This document shows, piece by piece, positions 35,232 to 48,250 of a stretch of 64,000 bases of DNA (position 1 is the stretch's first letter; each line of letters opens with the position of its first letter). The stretch comes from Escherichia coli. Lineage in GTDB: Bacteria; Pseudomonadota; Gammaproteobacteria; Enterobacterales; Enterobacteriaceae. A model generated the notes under the pieces. That model was not told the origin of the DNA, did not search any database, and worked only from the letters and a program-made list of their open reading frames with translations. The stretch lies in assembly GCF_003334335.1 (NCBI RefSeq), contig NZ_QOWQ01000013.1. The stretch is one strand, 5' to 3'. The position numbers and the translations under genes were made by a program.

Positions 35232-35247
35232 TGTTAGTATTCTAACA
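35232..35247. promoter_or_regulatory. DeoR operator O2 (deoP2)
   Basis: TGTTAGTATTCTAACA near-palindrome about 45 bp upstream of deoC start; exactly 599 bp from the perfect palindrome at 35831, matching the published O1-O2 spacing. Confidence 0.7.
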
Positions 35248-35444
35248 TCTACTCCGCAACACACTTCGATATACATCACAATTAAGGAAATCTACTTACA
35301 AGTTTGCATCACTGTAATGCGATCTGGTTCAAATAATTCACTTTCAAATGAATGCGTCAGTGGTGGCAAACGCATCAGGATCAAAGTGAACATCACGAAA
35401 CTTCTTACAATGGCGCATCACCTTCGGCATAAAAGGAAAAGAAG

Positions 35445-36995
35445 ATGCCCACTTCTCATGAAAATGCACTGCAACAACGTTGCCAGCAAATTGTCACCAG
35501 CCCAGTGCTTAGCCCGGAGCAGAAGCGCCATTTTCTGGCACTGGAAGCAGAAAACAATCTGCCTTATCCGCAGCTGCCTGCCGAGGCCCGCCGCGCGCTG
35601 GATGAGGGTGTAATCTGCGATATGTTTGAAGGTCATGCGCCGTACAAACCGCGCTATGTCTTACCCGATTACGCCCGTTTTCTGGCGAACGGTTCCGAAT
35701 GGCTGGAGCTGGAAGGCGCGAAAGATCTTGATGACGCACTCTCTCTGCTGACCATTCTTTACCACCACGTACCGTCGGTCACATCGATGCCGGTCTACCT
35801 GGGGCAACTGGATGCGTTGTTGCAACCGTATGTTAGAATTCTAACACAAGACGAGATCGATGTTCGAATAAAACGTTTCTGGCGTTACCTCGACAGAACC
35901 CTGCCAGACGCCTTTATGCACGCCAATATCGGCCCGTCTGATTCGCCCATTACCCGCGCGATCTTACGTGCAGACGCAGAGTTGAAGCAGGTTTCACCGA
36001 ACCTGACCTTTATCTACGATCCTGAAATCACCCCTGATGACCTGCTGCTGGAAGTGGCGAAGAACATCTGTGAATGTAGCAAACCGCACATCGCCAACGG
36101 TCCGGTGCATGATAAAATTTTCACAAAAGGGGGCTACGGGATTGTGAGCTGTTACAACTCACTGCCGCTGGCGGGTGGTGGCAGCACGCTGGTACGCCTT
36201 AACCTGAAAGCCATTGCCGAGCGCAGCGAATCGCTGGATGACTTCTTTACGCGCACTCTACCGCACTACTGCCAGCAGCAGATCGCCATCATCGATGCGC
36301 GGTGTGAATTCCTCTATCAACAATCACACTTCTTTGAGAATAGCTTCCTGGTGAAAGAAGGGCTGATTAACCCTGAACGTTTTGTGCCAATGTTTGGCAT
36401 GTATGGGCTGGCGGAAGCGGTTAACTTGCTGTGTGAGAAAGAAGGGATTGCCGCACGTTACGGTAAAGAAGCCGCCGCAAATGAAGTGGGTTATCGCATC
36501 AGCGCGCAACTGGCGGAGTTTGTCGCCAATACCCCCGTGAAATATGGCTGGCAAAAACGCGCCATGTTACACGCACAGTCGGGGATCAGTTCCGATATCG
36601 GCACCACGCCGGGCGCGCGTTTGCCGTATGGCGATGAGCCAGATCCGATCACCCATCTGCAAACTGTCGCCCCGCATCATGCTTATTATTATTCCGGCAT
36701 CAGCGACATTCTGACCCTCGACGAAACCATCAAACGTAACCCGCAGGCACTGGTACAGCTTTGCCTCGGTGCCTTTAAAGCCGGAATGCGTGAATTTACC
36801 GCCAATGTCAGCGGTAACGATCTGGTTCGCGTTACCGGTTATATGGTGCGTTTGTCGGATTTAGAAAAATATCGCGCCGAAGGTTCACGCACCAACACCA
36901 CCTGGCTGGGCGAAGAAGCCGCACGCAACACTCGTATTCTGGAACGCCAGCCGCGCGTGATAAGCCATGAACAGCAGATGCGCTTTAGTCAGTAA
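35445..36995 (+). CDS. yjjI: glycyl-radical-enzyme-like protein YjjI (DUF3029), substrate unknown
   Basis: 516-aa ORF with C-terminal glycyl radical motif RVTGY; adjacent activase gene. Confidence 0.9.
   Translation: MPTSHENALQQRCQQIVTSPVLSPEQKRHFLALEAENNLPYPQLPAEARRALDEGVICDMFEGHAPYKPRYVLPDYARFLANGSEWLELEGAKDLDDALSLLTILYHHVPSVTSMPVYLGQLDALLQPYVRILTQDEIDVRIKRFWRYLDRTLPDAFMHANIGPSDSPITRAILRADAELKQVSPNLTFIYDPEITPDDLLLEVAKNICECSKPHIANGPVHDKIFTKGGYGIVSCYNSLPLAGGGSTLVRLNLKAIAERSESLDDFFTRTLPHYCQQQIAIIDARCEFLYQQSHFFENSFLVKEGLINPERFVPMFGMYGLAEAVNLLCEKEGIAARYGKEAAANEVGYRISAQLAEFVANTPVKYGWQKRAMLHAQSGISSDIGTTPGARLPYGDEPDPITHLQTVAPHHAYYYSGISDILTLDETIKRNPQALVQLCLGAFKAGMREFTANVSGNDLVRVTGYMVRLSDLEKYRAEGSRTNTTWLGEEAARNTRILERQPRVISHEQQMRFSQ
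35831..35846. promoter_or_regulatory. DeoR operator O1 (deoP1)
   Basis: perfect 16-bp palindrome TGTTAGAATTCTAACA; lies inside the annotated yjjI reading frame (encodes ...YVRILTQ...). Confidence 0.7.
36110..36125. promoter_or_regulatory. candidate DeoR distal operator OE
   Basis: TGATAAAATTTTCACA matches DeoR consensus at 12 of 16 positions, 279 bp beyond O1 (published OE is about 278 bp upstream of O1). Confidence 0.4.
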
Positions 36996-37830
36996 GATTA
37001 TCCCCTTCTCCTGCGTTGACGGGCCAGGCAGTCGTCTGGCTCTGTTTTTGCAGGGCTGCAATCTGCGCTGCAAAAACTGTCACAATCCGTGGACGATGGG
37101 ACGCTGCAATGATTGCGGAGAGTGCGTGCCACAGTGTCCGCATCAGGCGTTGCAGATTGTTGACGGCAAAGTGATGTGGAACGCTGTGGTCTGCGAGCAA
37201 TGTGATACCTGCCTGAAGATGTGTCCGCAACATGCCACGCCGATGGCGCAATCCATGAGCGTGGACGAAGTGCTTAGCCATGTCCGCAAAGCAGTGCTGT
37301 TTATCGAAGGGGTAACGGTAAGCGGCGGTGAAGCCACGACCCAGCTGCCGTTTGTGGTGGCGCTGTTTACTGCTATCAAAAACGATCCGCAACTGCACCA
37401 TCTCACCTGTCTGGTGGACAGTAACGGTATGTTGAGCGAAACCGGCTGGGAAAAATTGCTTCCGGTGTGCGACGGCGCAATGCTCGATCTCAAAGCGTGG
37501 GGGAGCGAATGTCATCAGCAATTAACCGGACGCGATAATCAGCAGATTAAGCGCAGCATCTGTTTGCTGGCAGAGCGTGGCAAGCTGGCAGAACTGCGTT
37601 TGCTGGTAATCCCTGGCCAGGTGGATTATTTGCAACACATCGAAGAACTGGCGGCGTTTATCAAGGGACTTGGCGATGTTCCGGTACGCCTGAACGCGTT
37701 TCATGCCCACGGCGTGTATGGCGAGGCGCAAAGCTGGGCGAGCGCCACGCCGGAAGACGTTGAGCCGTTGGCTGATGCATTAAAGGTGCGCGGGGTGAGC
37801 CGGTTGATATTTCCGGCGCTCTATTTGTGA
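36967..37830 (+). CDS. yjjW: glycyl-radical enzyme activating protein YjjW (radical SAM)
   Basis: 287-aa ORF with CNLRCKNC radical-SAM CX3CX2C motif and extra ferredoxin-like Cys clusters ([22 protein letters not shown]); overlaps yjjI 3-prime end by 29 bp. Confidence 0.9.
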   Translation: MNSRCALVSKIIPFSCVDGPGSRLALFLQGCNLRCKNCHNPWTMGRCNDCGECVPQCPHQALQIVDGKVMWNAVVCEQCDTCLKMCPQHATPMAQSMSVDEVLSHVRKAVLFIEGVTVSGGEATTQLPFVVALFTAIKNDPQLHHLTCLVDSNGMLSETGWEKLLPVCDGAMLDLKAWGSECHQQLTGRDNQQIKRSICLLAERGKLAELRLLVIPGQVDYLQHIEELAAFIKGLGDVPVRLNAFHAHGVYGEAQSWASATPEDVEPLADALKVRGVSRLIFPALYL

Positions 37831-39128
<1,298 letters not shown>

Positions 39129-39132
<4 letters not shown>

Positions 39133-40238
39133 GCCAGATCCTCATTGTTAAATGTCGGGTCGTTCGCCTGCGGAGCATCGCTCACTTCGGCAACCAGCGT
39201 ATCGTTGGCGACTGGCGCAGGCGGAATAACGATCGATTCCGGCGTCACCACTGGCACCAGATGGCGGGTAAGCGGCGCTTTTTCAGTTAATAGCTTGCCA
39301 ACCGTGGCGAGGAAATATCGCCCGCATAAACGCCCAAGTTTATAGTCTTCACGCAGCGCCGGAATCCGACTGCCAAGCGCGATACTATGTAATGGCTTCG
39401 GTGGATAAATTTCGAATATCCGCAGCTTGCCCGGTGGTTTCTCAATAAATTGCTGGATGTCACGATAGCTGGTTTCATGATGCTGCACCAGATTGACCAG
39501 CGGCTGCAGGCTACTGTCACCCAGCCAGCGTTCCATGCGTTTGAACCACTGCGGCGTGTAGTACATTTGTGACGGCACAGTGCGAATGACGACCAACGTT
39601 TTAGCGCCCTGCCTTGCCGCCTCTTTAACCGGAATCGCATCACTGATCCCGCCATCCAGGTAGTTAATGCCTTCCAGCGACACTCCGCTACGATAAAAGC
39701 CAGGTATCGCACTGGAGGCGCGAATCACATCCAGCCAGTTTTGTTTGGTTGGTAAAAAGTAATTCGGCGCATAGTCATCCTGACGACAGGCGCACATATA
39801 AAACGATTTGCCGCTGTCAAACAACCGCGCGGCGGTATCCATTTGCAACGGCATCTGACTTGCGGTGGCCTCCACCAGCCAGTCGAGATCGATAAGATTT
39901 CCTCCACGCACAAAGCGCAATGGATCGAAAAATTCGCGTTTTGTGGTATAGCGCATGATGACTTTGCGCGCGTAACCGGGCTGATTGCAGATATACGCCG
40001 AGAGGTTCTGCGCCCCGGCAGATGTGCCGAGATAAAGATCGAAAGGATTAAACTGCGCGCGCATAAACTCATCCAGCACGCCAGCCGTGAAAATTCCACG
40101 CTGTCCGCCGCCTTCGCACACCAGAGCTATTCGTCCAGGCTGGAACGGCCTTAGCGACAACGGCGCAATATTACCAAGCGTTACAGGTATTCGCTGCCCC
40201 ACCTCTGCCTTCCTGTTTTTGTTGTGAAAGAATGACAA
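39129..40238 (-). CDS. yjjU: patatin-like phospholipase family protein YjjU
   Basis: ORF with GGGQRG oxyanion motif and GTSAG lipase motif; true start may be a downstream GTG (K-12 product is about 357 aa). Confidence 0.85.
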
Positions 40239-40323
40239 AGTAACGCAATTTATTATTCGCTAAAACCGCAAAAGCCAGTCCGCTGGACTGGCTTTGGATA
40301 AAATTTTCTTAATGGTCTGAAAT

Positions 40324-40485
40324 CTAGGGTCGTTTTCGGCCCATGAACAAACTCACCAGGAACAGAATAATCCCGACGACAAAGACAATTTTAGCTGCGC
40401 CTGCAGCGGTACCGGCCAGACCACCAAACCCAAGTGCGGCGGCGATTAACGCGATAACCAGAAATATGATGCCCCAACGAAACAT
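40324..40485 (-). CDS. ytjA: small membrane protein YtjA (DUF1328)
   Basis: ORF trimmed to [53 protein letters not shown] (53 aa). Confidence 0.7.
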
Positions 40486-40611
40486 AAGCGTCTCCTTTAC
40501 CATAGTTAATGTCACCGCTTGATATGAGCGTGAAAATCACTCAATGCGATATTTTTAGTGTGGTGCACATCGCGCCTCCCGACAAAGTTCGGGAGGACGA
40601 ATTACGACGAA

Positions 40612-41217
40612 TTACTTAGTTTTCAGATCATTTTTAACGCTTTTCACACCATCTACCGCTTTGGCGATACTTTCAGCACGGTCGCTCTGTGCCTGGGAAT
40701 CGACGGTACCGGAGAGCTGAACCACGCCGTCGGTGGTTTCAACTTTCACATGACGGGAAGGGACGATATCGTCCGCCAGCAGTTTGGCTTTGATTTCACT
40801 GGTGGTGGCGGTGTCACCCGCGTAGCCCTTCACCGAGCCTTCTTTAGCGTCGCGAACGTGCAGTTTGTCGCTGACAGAGGTCACCCCTTCAACGCCTTTC
40901 GCCACTTTCACTGCCTCTTCGGCCTGGGCCTGGCTTTCAACGAAACCGCTCAGGGTCACGACTTTTTGATCGGTTTTTACAGAGATATCGGTGCTCTTGA
41001 TGTTGTCATGATCCACCAGGGCCGCCTTCACTTTCGCGGTGATGGCGCTGTCATCCATGAAATTACCGACTTTATTCATAGAGCTATCGACTTTTTGCCC
41101 TGCGCTTTCATTGGTAGTCTGTGCGTTGTTTTCCGCGTAGGCAGAGCCGGTCGCGACGGCAGAGGTCAACATTACAGCCAGCAGAGTTTTCGAAATCTTC
41201 AGTCTTGTCATAGTCAT
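40612..41217 (-). CDS. osmY: osmotically inducible periplasmic protein OsmY (two BON domains)
   Basis: ORF 40612..41295 trimmed to [28 protein letters not shown] (201 aa). Confidence 0.95.
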
Positions 41218-41609
41218 CGATTTATTCCTGTATGTTTGCTCGTAATTTGAGCCTGGCAACACGAGGTTGCATTGCTGAATAGGGAGAGACTTCACCCTCT
41301 ACAGAAGTCAATGGTCGCCATCACAAAAGCGATGGGTGATGAATAACGACCATTACAGCCTCTGAATCAGTTATTAATATCGGTAGAATGACAATCGACG
41401 GCTTTAGATACTGATATCTACGCATTGAACGGTATTTAACGCCGTCAGAAATGTCATTACTTTGTTAAATATAGATCACAATTTTGAAACCGCTCGGGAT
41501 ATCAGCGAAAACATAAGCAAAAGTGAATGTTTTAAGAACATTCCGTAAGCGGCTAATAAGGAAGGGAAATTGACAGGGCGCAGCGGCTACCGCGCCCTGG
41601 AGGCAAGAA

Positions 41610-43199
41610 TTAATGCTCGCGGGTCTGGTGGAACTGAACGTCCGGATAACGTTCCTGCGCCAGGCGCAGGTTGACCATGCTGGTAGCGATGTAAGCGAGG
41701 TTATCGCCGCCATCAAGCGCCAGTTGGCTTTCGTTCTTACGCTTGAACTCTTCGAATTTCTTCGCGTCCGCACATTCTACCCAGCGGGCAGTGGCAACGT
41801 TGACTGATTCATATACTGCTTCAACGTTGTATTCGCTCTTCAGGCGCGATACCACCACATCAAACTGCAGCACACCAACAGCACCAACGATCAAATCGTT
41901 GTTGGAGATCGGACGGAACACCTGCACCGCGCCCTCTTCGGAAAGCTGTACCAGCCCTTTGAGCAGCTGTTTTTGCTTCAGCGGATCTTTCAGGCGGATA
42001 CGACGGAACAGTTCTGGTGCGAAGTTCGGAATACCGGTGAACTTCATCATCTCACCCTGGGTAAAGGTGTCGCCGATCTGAATAGTGCCGTGGTTGTGCA
42101 GGCCGAGGATATCGCCCGGATACGCTTCTTCAACGTGCGAACGGTCGCCCGCCATAAAGGTCAGCGCGTCGGAGATAACCACATCTTTCGCAGTACGCAC
42201 CTGGCGCAGCTTCATGCCTTTTTCATATTTACCGGATACTACGCGCATAAACGCCACGCGGTCGCGGTGTTTCGGGTCCATGTTGGCCTGAATTTTAAAT
42301 ACGAAGCCGGTAAATTTGTCTTCGCTCGCCTCTACGGTACGGGTATCAGTCTGACGCGGCATCGGCGCAGGGGCCCACTCCACCAGGCCATCCAGCATAT
42401 GATCAACGCCGAAGTTACCCAGCGCAGTACCGAAGAATACCGGAGTGATTTCGCCCGCAAGGAACAATTCTTTGTCGAACTCGTTAGACGCGCCTTTCAC
42501 CAGTTCCAGTTCGTCACGTAGCTGCTGTGCCAGATCTTCACCAACCGCAGCGTCGAGATCCGGGTTATTCAGCCCTTTAACAATACGGACTTCCTGAATC
42601 GTGTGGCCTTTACCGCTCTGATAGAGATAGGTTTCGTCTTTATAAAGGTGGTAAACGCCTTTAAACAGCTTGCCGCAGCCAATCGGCCAGGTGATCGGTG
42701 CGCAGCCGATTTTCAGCTCGTTCTCAACTTCATCGAGCAGTTCCATCGGGTCGCGGATATCACGGTCAAGTTTGTTCATAAAGGTGAGGATCGGCGTGTC
42801 GCGCAGACGGGTAACTTCCATCAGCTTACGGGTACGATCTTCAACACCTTTTGCAGCGTCGATAACCATCAGGCAGCAGTCCACCGCCGTCAGGGTACGA
42901 TAGGTATCTTCCGAGAAGTCTTCGTGCCCCGGGGTGTCGAGCAGGTTAACCAGGCAATCGTGATACGGAAACTGCATCACAGACGTAGTAATGGAGATCC
43001 CACGCTGCTTTTCCATCTCCATCCAGTCCGACTTAGCGTGCTGGTTGGAACCACGGCCTTTTACTGTACCGGCGGTCTGAATGGCCTGTCCGAACAGCAG
43101 CACCTTCTCGGTGATGGTAGTCTTACCGGCATCCGGGTGAGAAATAATGGCAAAAGTGCGGCGCTTCGCCACCTCTTGCAAATAAGGAGACAACGTCAT
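41610..43199 (-). CDS. prfC: peptide chain release factor 3
   Basis: ORF trimmed to [28 protein letters not shown] (GTPase G1 motif; 529 aa). Confidence 0.95.
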
Positions 43200-43289
43200 A
43201 ATTCTTTCTTCTTGAGTAAGCGGCATCGCGCCGCGCTTGTTGAAAACGAAAAATTGCGGCTATTTTACCCATCAACGGGGGGGAGGCAA

Positions 43290-43967
43290 TCAGTGTTTAC
43301 ACAGGAGCTGCTCCAGTTCGTGCAACGAAGAAACGGTCCAGGTGGGCGCGATGCCTTCTGGTTGCTCGCGATGGTGCGCATTCAGCCAGCAGGTCGCAAG
43401 CCCGGCGTTGATGCCACCGAGAATATCGGACTCGGCAGTGTCGCCAACCATCAGCACGCGTGAACGGTCAGGATTGCCCGCCTGTTCCAGCGCATAATCG
43501 AAAATTTTCTTATTCGGTTTGGCAACGCCAACTTCTTCGGAAATCACCAGCAAATCGAAGTAATCACGCAGGCCCGTGCGTTCCAGACGCACTTGCTGCA
43601 AGGCGCTAAAGCCGTTGGTGATGATGCCGATTTTGGCGTTGCCACGAATGGCGTTAAGCAGAGAAACCGCGCCCGGCAGCGGCGTGCAGATTTCCGCCAT
43701 CGCATTAATAAAGGCATCGTTAAGCAAGCCTGCTTCAACTTTCAGCCGTTCGGCCCAGCTCTCAAAACGCCCGTGCTGAAGCTGTAATGAAGTGATCGCG
43801 CCGTTTTGATAATCCACCCACAGTGGCTTGTTAACGGCCTGATAGTCCTGAAAATCTTCAGCGGTAAAGGTGACGCTGTAATCAAGAAACATCCGCTGCA
43901 GGCCGGTGAATGAGTCAAAGGTAAACAGCGTTTCATCGGCATCAAAGAAAATCCAGTCCCACTTCAT
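43290..43967 (-). CDS. yjjG: HAD-family pyrimidine 5-prime-nucleotidase YjjG
   Basis: 225-aa [18 protein letters not shown] (HAD DxD motif). Confidence 0.9.
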   Translation of the reverse strand: MKWDWIFFDADETLFTFDSFTGLQRMFLDYSVTFTAEDFQDYQAVNKPLWVDYQNGAITSLQLQHGRFESWAERLKVEAGLLNDAFINAMAEICTPLPGAVSLLNAIRGNAKIGIITNGFSALQQVRLERTGLRDYFDLLVISEEVGVAKPNKKIFDYALEQAGNPDRSRVLMVGDTAESDILGGINAGLATCWLNAHHREQPEGIAPTWTVSSLHELEQLLCKH

Positions 43968-43981
43968 TATTCCACCTTGTC

Positions 43982-44428
43982 TTACATACTGATTGGCAAC
44001 GCCATGATGATGGCGTCTTCGCGACCGTCCGTGGTGGGGTAGTAATTGCGGCGAATCGTCGCCTCGTTAAAGCCTAAACTTTCGTACAGGGCAATGGCGG
44101 CAGCATTTGAGGCACGGACTTCCAGCCATAGTGTCGCCACGCCGCGTTTTTCCAGTTCGTCGATCAGATGTTCCAGCAGCACCCTTCCCAATCCCTGACG
44201 CTGATAGTCAGGATCGACCGCAATATTGAACAATGTAGCTTCATCCAGCACCACTTGCGTAATCGCAAACGCCGCCATTTTGCCGTTTTGCGTTAACTGA
44301 AAGTTGAGATAACGCTCGCCCTGGTTGCTGGCAAAGGTTTTTTCACTCCACGGAAAGGCGTGGGCGCGTTGTTCAATGTGGTAAGCCGCCGGTAAATCAG
44401 TCGTTTCGAGGGAAGAAATCGTGTTCAT
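43982..44428 (-). CDS. rimI: ribosomal protein S18 alanine N-acetyltransferase RimI
   Basis: 148-aa [34 protein letters not shown]. Confidence 0.95.
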   Translation of the reverse strand: MNTISSLETTDLPAAYHIEQRAHAFPWSEKTFASNQGERYLNFQLTQNGKMAAFAITQVVLDEATLFNIAVDPDYQRQGLGRVLLEHLIDELEKRGVATLWLEVRASNAAAIALYESLGFNEATIRRNYYPTTDGREDAIIMALPISM

Positions 44429-44810
44429 ATGTGCAAATTTGTTGCCATAACGCGGCGCGTGCCGTTGGGTTTGCCCGTAATTCGGTGAGCGCCGGTGATG
44501 CCACCTGAGCGCCTTCCAGTGATAGCGGTTCGTCAGTACCCAACCGCCAGCTGTTGCAGCGACTGCCTTGCGGCAGCATCGCGATTTTTTCTGGCGTCAG
44601 TTGCAGCACTTGATCGGGGCTGACGGTTAATGCGCGCAGAACATCGCTCACTAAAGGATCGGTCAGGGCGGGAAGATCGTTTGCCACCATCACCAGACGG
44701 ACGTGTGCCGGGATCGCAATGGCAATCTCCCCCTGCAACGCGCCAGGGCGACGCAGCGACCACTGGGTAATGCCCAGTTGCTGTAACTGCCAGTCTCGTC
44801 GGGATGTCAT
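44397..44810 (-). CDS. holD: DNA polymerase III psi subunit
   Basis: 137-aa ORF MTSRRDWQLQQLGITQWSLRRPGALQGEIAIAIP; overlaps rimI start. Confidence 0.95.
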   Translation of the reverse strand: MTSRRDWQLQQLGITQWSLRRPGALQGEIAIAIPAHVRLVMVANDLPALTDPLVSDVLRALTVSPDQVLQLTPEKIAMLPQGSRCNSWRLGTDEPLSLEGAQVASPALTELRANPTARAALWQQICTYEHDFFPRND

Positions 44811-44912
44811 AGCGAATCGCTCCTGTTGTCAGGGGCGCAAATATAGCAAATTCGTCGATACCGCGCCAACATATGGCTATAATCGCCGCCAGTATCAATT
44901 GAGGAGCATTCC

Positions 44913-45944
44913 ATGTCTGCATTTACCCCGGCAAGTGAAGTCTTGCTGCGTCACAGTGATGATTTCGAACAAAGCCGTATTCTGTTTGCCGGAGACTTAC
45001 AGGATGACCTGCCCGCGCGTTTAGATACCGCGGCCAGCCGTGCTCATACCCAGCAATTTCACCACTGGCAGGTGTTAAGCCGCCAGATGGGGGATAACGC
45101 CCGTTTTAGTCTGGTCGCCACGGCGGATGACGTCGCAGATTGCGATACGCTGATTTACTACTGGCCGAAGAACAAACCGGAAGCCCAGTTCCAGTTGATG
45201 AATTTACTTTCTCTGCTGCCGGTGGGCACTGATATTTTTGTCGTTGGCGAGAACCGCAGCGGCGTGCGCAGCGCCGAGCAGATGCTGGCTGATTATGCGC
45301 CGTTGAATAAAGTCGACAGCGCCCGTCGCTGTGGCCTCTATTTTGGTCGTCTGGAAAAACAGCCGGTATTTGATGCCGATAAATTCTGGGGCGAATACAG
45401 CGTCGATGGCCTGACGGTCAAAACGCTGCCTGGCGTGTTTAGCCGCGACGGTCTGGATGTCGGTAGCCAGTTGCTACTCTCGACGTTAACCCCGCACACG
45501 AAAGGTAAAGTGCTGGATGTCGGCTGTGGCGCGGGTGTGCTTTCAGTTGCCTTTGCGCGCCATTCACCGAAAATTCGTCTCACCTTGTGCGATGTCTCTG
45601 CCCCGGCGGTAGAAGCCAGCCGTGCGACGCTTGCGGCCAACGGTGTTGAAGGTGAAGTCTTTGCCAGCAACGTCTTTTCCGAGGTGAAAGGTCGTTTTGA
45701 TATGATCATCTCCAACCCGCCGTTCCACGATGGGATGCAAACCAGCCTGGATGCGGCGCAAACGCTGATTCGCGGCGCGGTGCGTCATCTTAATAGCGGC
45801 GGCGAGCTGCGAATTGTAGCGAACGCCTTCCTGCCTTATCCGGACGTGCTGGATGAGACATTTGGCTTCCACGAAGTGATCGCGCAAACAGGGCGCTTCA
45901 AGGTGTATCGCGCCATTATGACCCGCCAGGCGAAGAAAGGTTAA
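44913..45944 (+). CDS. rsmC: 16S rRNA (guanine1207-N2)-methyltransferase RsmC
   Basis: 343-aa [41 protein letters not shown]; SAM-binding [12 protein letters not shown]. Confidence 0.95.
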   Translation: MSAFTPASEVLLRHSDDFEQSRILFAGDLQDDLPARLDTAASRAHTQQFHHWQVLSRQMGDNARFSLVATADDVADCDTLIYYWPKNKPEAQFQLMNLLSLLPVGTDIFVVGENRSGVRSAEQMLADYAPLNKVDSARRCGLYFGRLEKQPVFDADKFWGEYSVDGLTVKTLPGVFSRDGLDVGSQLLLSTLTPHTKGKVLDVGCGAGVLSVAFARHSPKIRLTLCDVSAPAVEASRATLAANGVEGEVFASNVFSEVKGRFDMIISNPPFHDGMQTSLDAAQTLIRGAVRHLNSGGELRIVANAFLPYPDVLDETFGFHEVIAQTGRFKVYRAIMTRQAKKG

Positions 45945-45959
45945 TTATCTCGCCGAATA

Positions 45960-46135
<176 letters not shown>

Positions 46136-46175
46136 ACATTTTTCCAGCAATTACACCTCCGGCGATAATTAACTA

Positions 46176-46203
46176 TTGACGAAAAGCTGAAAACCACTAG
46201 AAT
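46176..46203 (+). promoter_or_regulatory. tRNA-Leu promoter (sigma70)
   Basis: TTGACG -35 and TAGAAT -10 with 16-bp spacer followed by GC-rich discriminator gcgcctcc, about 40 bp upstream of the tRNA. Confidence 0.6.
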
Positions 46204-46244
46204 GCGCCTCCGTGGTAGCAATTCTTTTTAAGAATTGATGGTAT

Positions 46245-46331
46245 GCGAAGGTGGCGGAATTGGTAGACGCGCTAGCTTCAGGTGTTAGTGTCCTTACGGA
46301 CGTGGGGGTTCAAGTCCCCCCCCTCGCACCA
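46245..46331 (+). tRNA. leuQ: tRNA-Leu (anticodon CAG)
   Basis: 87-nt GCGAAGGTGGCGGAATTGGTAGACGCGCTAGCTTCAGGTG...CCTCGCACCA; long variable arm; genomically encoded CCA; single copy. Confidence 0.95.
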
Positions 46332-46369
46332 ATTATCTTTACTTCCTTTCTTGTTTCTTCCCTGTTTTG

Positions 46370-46606
46370 TCATCCCTGATTCAAATTCATTAGCATCAGC
46401 ATGATGCCAGCACTAAGCGTCAGGCACGATGGTAGCAAAACGTAATGCCGTAACTGTTTGTGATACAGCATCACCGGCGTCAATACTAATCCCATAAGAA
46501 TGACAATCCGCCATTGATCCGGCGATAAATCCGCATACATCAGCCCTGCAATCAGCAATCCTGGCAGCAACACTCCCCAGCCACTGCCCAGCGTACGTTG
46601 CAACAT
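46370..46606 (-). CDS. yjjZ: small membrane protein YjjZ
   Basis: ORF 46370..46717 trimmed to internal Met giving MLQRTLGSGWGVLLPGLLIAGLMYADLSPDQW (78 aa). Confidence 0.7.
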   Translation of the reverse strand: MLQRTLGSGWGVLLPGLLIAGLMYADLSPDQWRIVILMGLVLTPVMLYHKQLRHYVLLPSCLTLSAGIMLMLMNLNQG

Positions 46607-46623
46607 GGTTTCATCTCTTTCAT

Positions 46624-46733
46624 TGATAATGATAACCAATATCATATGATAATTTTTATCATTTGCAAGCCAGAGAAATCCCTTGCTATCGGATAAACCT
46701 ATCGCTAGGATTAGCAATCATTATCATTTAGAT
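46624..46733. promoter_or_regulatory. Fur boxes in the divergent yjjZ-fhuF promoter region
   Basis: TGATAATGATAACCAATATCATATGATAATTTTTATCATT and GATTAGCAATCATTATCATTTAGAT match the GATAATGATAATCATTATC consensus. Confidence 0.55.
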
Positions 46734-46746
46734 TACTATCCCGATT

Positions 46747-47535
46747 ATGGCCTATCGTTCCGCACCGCTCTATGAAGATGTTATCTGGCGAACGCATCTC
46801 CAGCCACAGGATGCTGGGCTTGCACAAGCCGTACGTGCGACGATCGCCAAACATCGTGAACATTTGCTCGAGTTTATCCGCCTGGATGAACCCGCTCCGC
46901 TTAACGCCATGACGCTGGCGCAATGGTCATCACCGAATGCGCTAAGTTCTCTACTCGCGGTCTATTCCGATCATATCTATCGCAACCAACCAACGATGAT
47001 CCGCGAGAACAAACCGCTGATCTCACTATGGGCACAATGGTATATCGGCCTGATGGTGCCACCATTAATGCTGGCGCTACTGACGCAGGAAAAGGCATTA
47101 GATGTGTCGCCGGAACATTTCCACGTTGAGTTTCACGAAACCGGCCGTGCCGCCTGTTTCTGGGTCGATGTGTGTGAAGATAAAAACGCAACACCACATT
47201 CGCCGCAGCAGCGAATGGAAACGTTAATCAGCCAGGCGCTGGTTCCGGTTGTGCAGGCACTAGAAGCGACCGGAGAGATCAACGGCAAACTTATCTGGAG
47301 TAATACCGGTTATTTGATCAACTGGTATCTCACTGAGATGAAGCAACTGCTCGGCGAGGCGACGGTTGAATCGCTGCGCCATGCCCTCTTTTTTGAGAAA
47401 ACGCTCACGAACGGTGAAGATAATCCACTCTGGCGTACCGTGGTACTGCGCGACGGCCTGCTGGTGCGCCGCACTTGCTGCCAGCGTTATCGCTTACCGG
47501 ATGTGCAGCAATGTGGCGATTGTACGCTGAAATGA
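46747..47535 (+). CDS. fhuF: ferric-siderophore reductase FhuF (2Fe-2S)
   Basis: 262-aa ORF ending in C-C-x10-C-x2-C cluster motif (RRTCCQRYRLPDVQQCGDC). Confidence 0.95.
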   Translation: MAYRSAPLYEDVIWRTHLQPQDAGLAQAVRATIAKHREHLLEFIRLDEPAPLNAMTLAQWSSPNALSSLLAVYSDHIYRNQPTMIRENKPLISLWAQWYIGLMVPPLMLALLTQEKALDVSPEHFHVEFHETGRAACFWVDVCEDKNATPHSPQQRMETLISQALVPVVQALEATGEINGKLIWSNTGYLINWYLTEMKQLLGEATVESLRHALFFEKTLTNGEDNPLWRTVVLRDGLLVRRTCCQRYRLPDVQQCGDCTLK

Positions 47536-47572
47536 AAGCACTGCCGGGGAAGTAAACCCGGCATAATGCGGA

Positions 47573-48250
47573 TTAATAGGGATGCAACACATTACTTGCT
47601 TCGCAATGCCGCATACATAACAGAATATCTGCGGCCTCCAACAACCCTGCATCAGAACTGACGCCCAGTTTCGACATCACATTAAATTTATGTGCACGGA
47701 TCGTTTTGATATTGCGTTTAAGCTGCTCGGCAATTTGTGTCATTGAGTAGCCACGCGACATAAAGCGCAATATTTCTCTCTCCGTCGGGCTTAACGTCCG
47801 GCTTTGGTTAATGTACCACTGATTGTTCAGTCGGTCGGTCGCCTGACGTACACCATTTAATGACAAAAAGAGTTCCTGATGAAAAATCTCCAGCGTTGAC
47901 GCTTTACTTAATACACCGTCCAGCGGTGATGGCGACAATGAACCAATCAGCCGAGCTTCAATATCATCATCCGCAATAACTAAACGCCGGGTACGCGGAA
48001 ACTTAATCGCCAGTTCAGTCAGGCAAGATAATCCCTCTCTGCGCTCACTTCTCATGGCAGAAAAAGAAAAAATAACCGCCGCAAATGAGATCCGCGACAT
48101 GGCATCCTGAAATGACTCCTGACTGGTATAGGTATGGAGCTTATAAGGGTTACCCGCAAACTTTCTGAATAAACTCTCAATACCGATACTGCTCATGACG
48201 CATTTTTCTATGAGTGCGACATTTCTCTTCTTAATTCGGCTGTGTTCCAT
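47573..48250 (-). CDS. bglJ: LuxR-family transcriptional regulator BglJ
   Basis: 225-aa ORF with C-terminal LuxR HTH ([25 protein letters not shown]). Confidence 0.9.
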
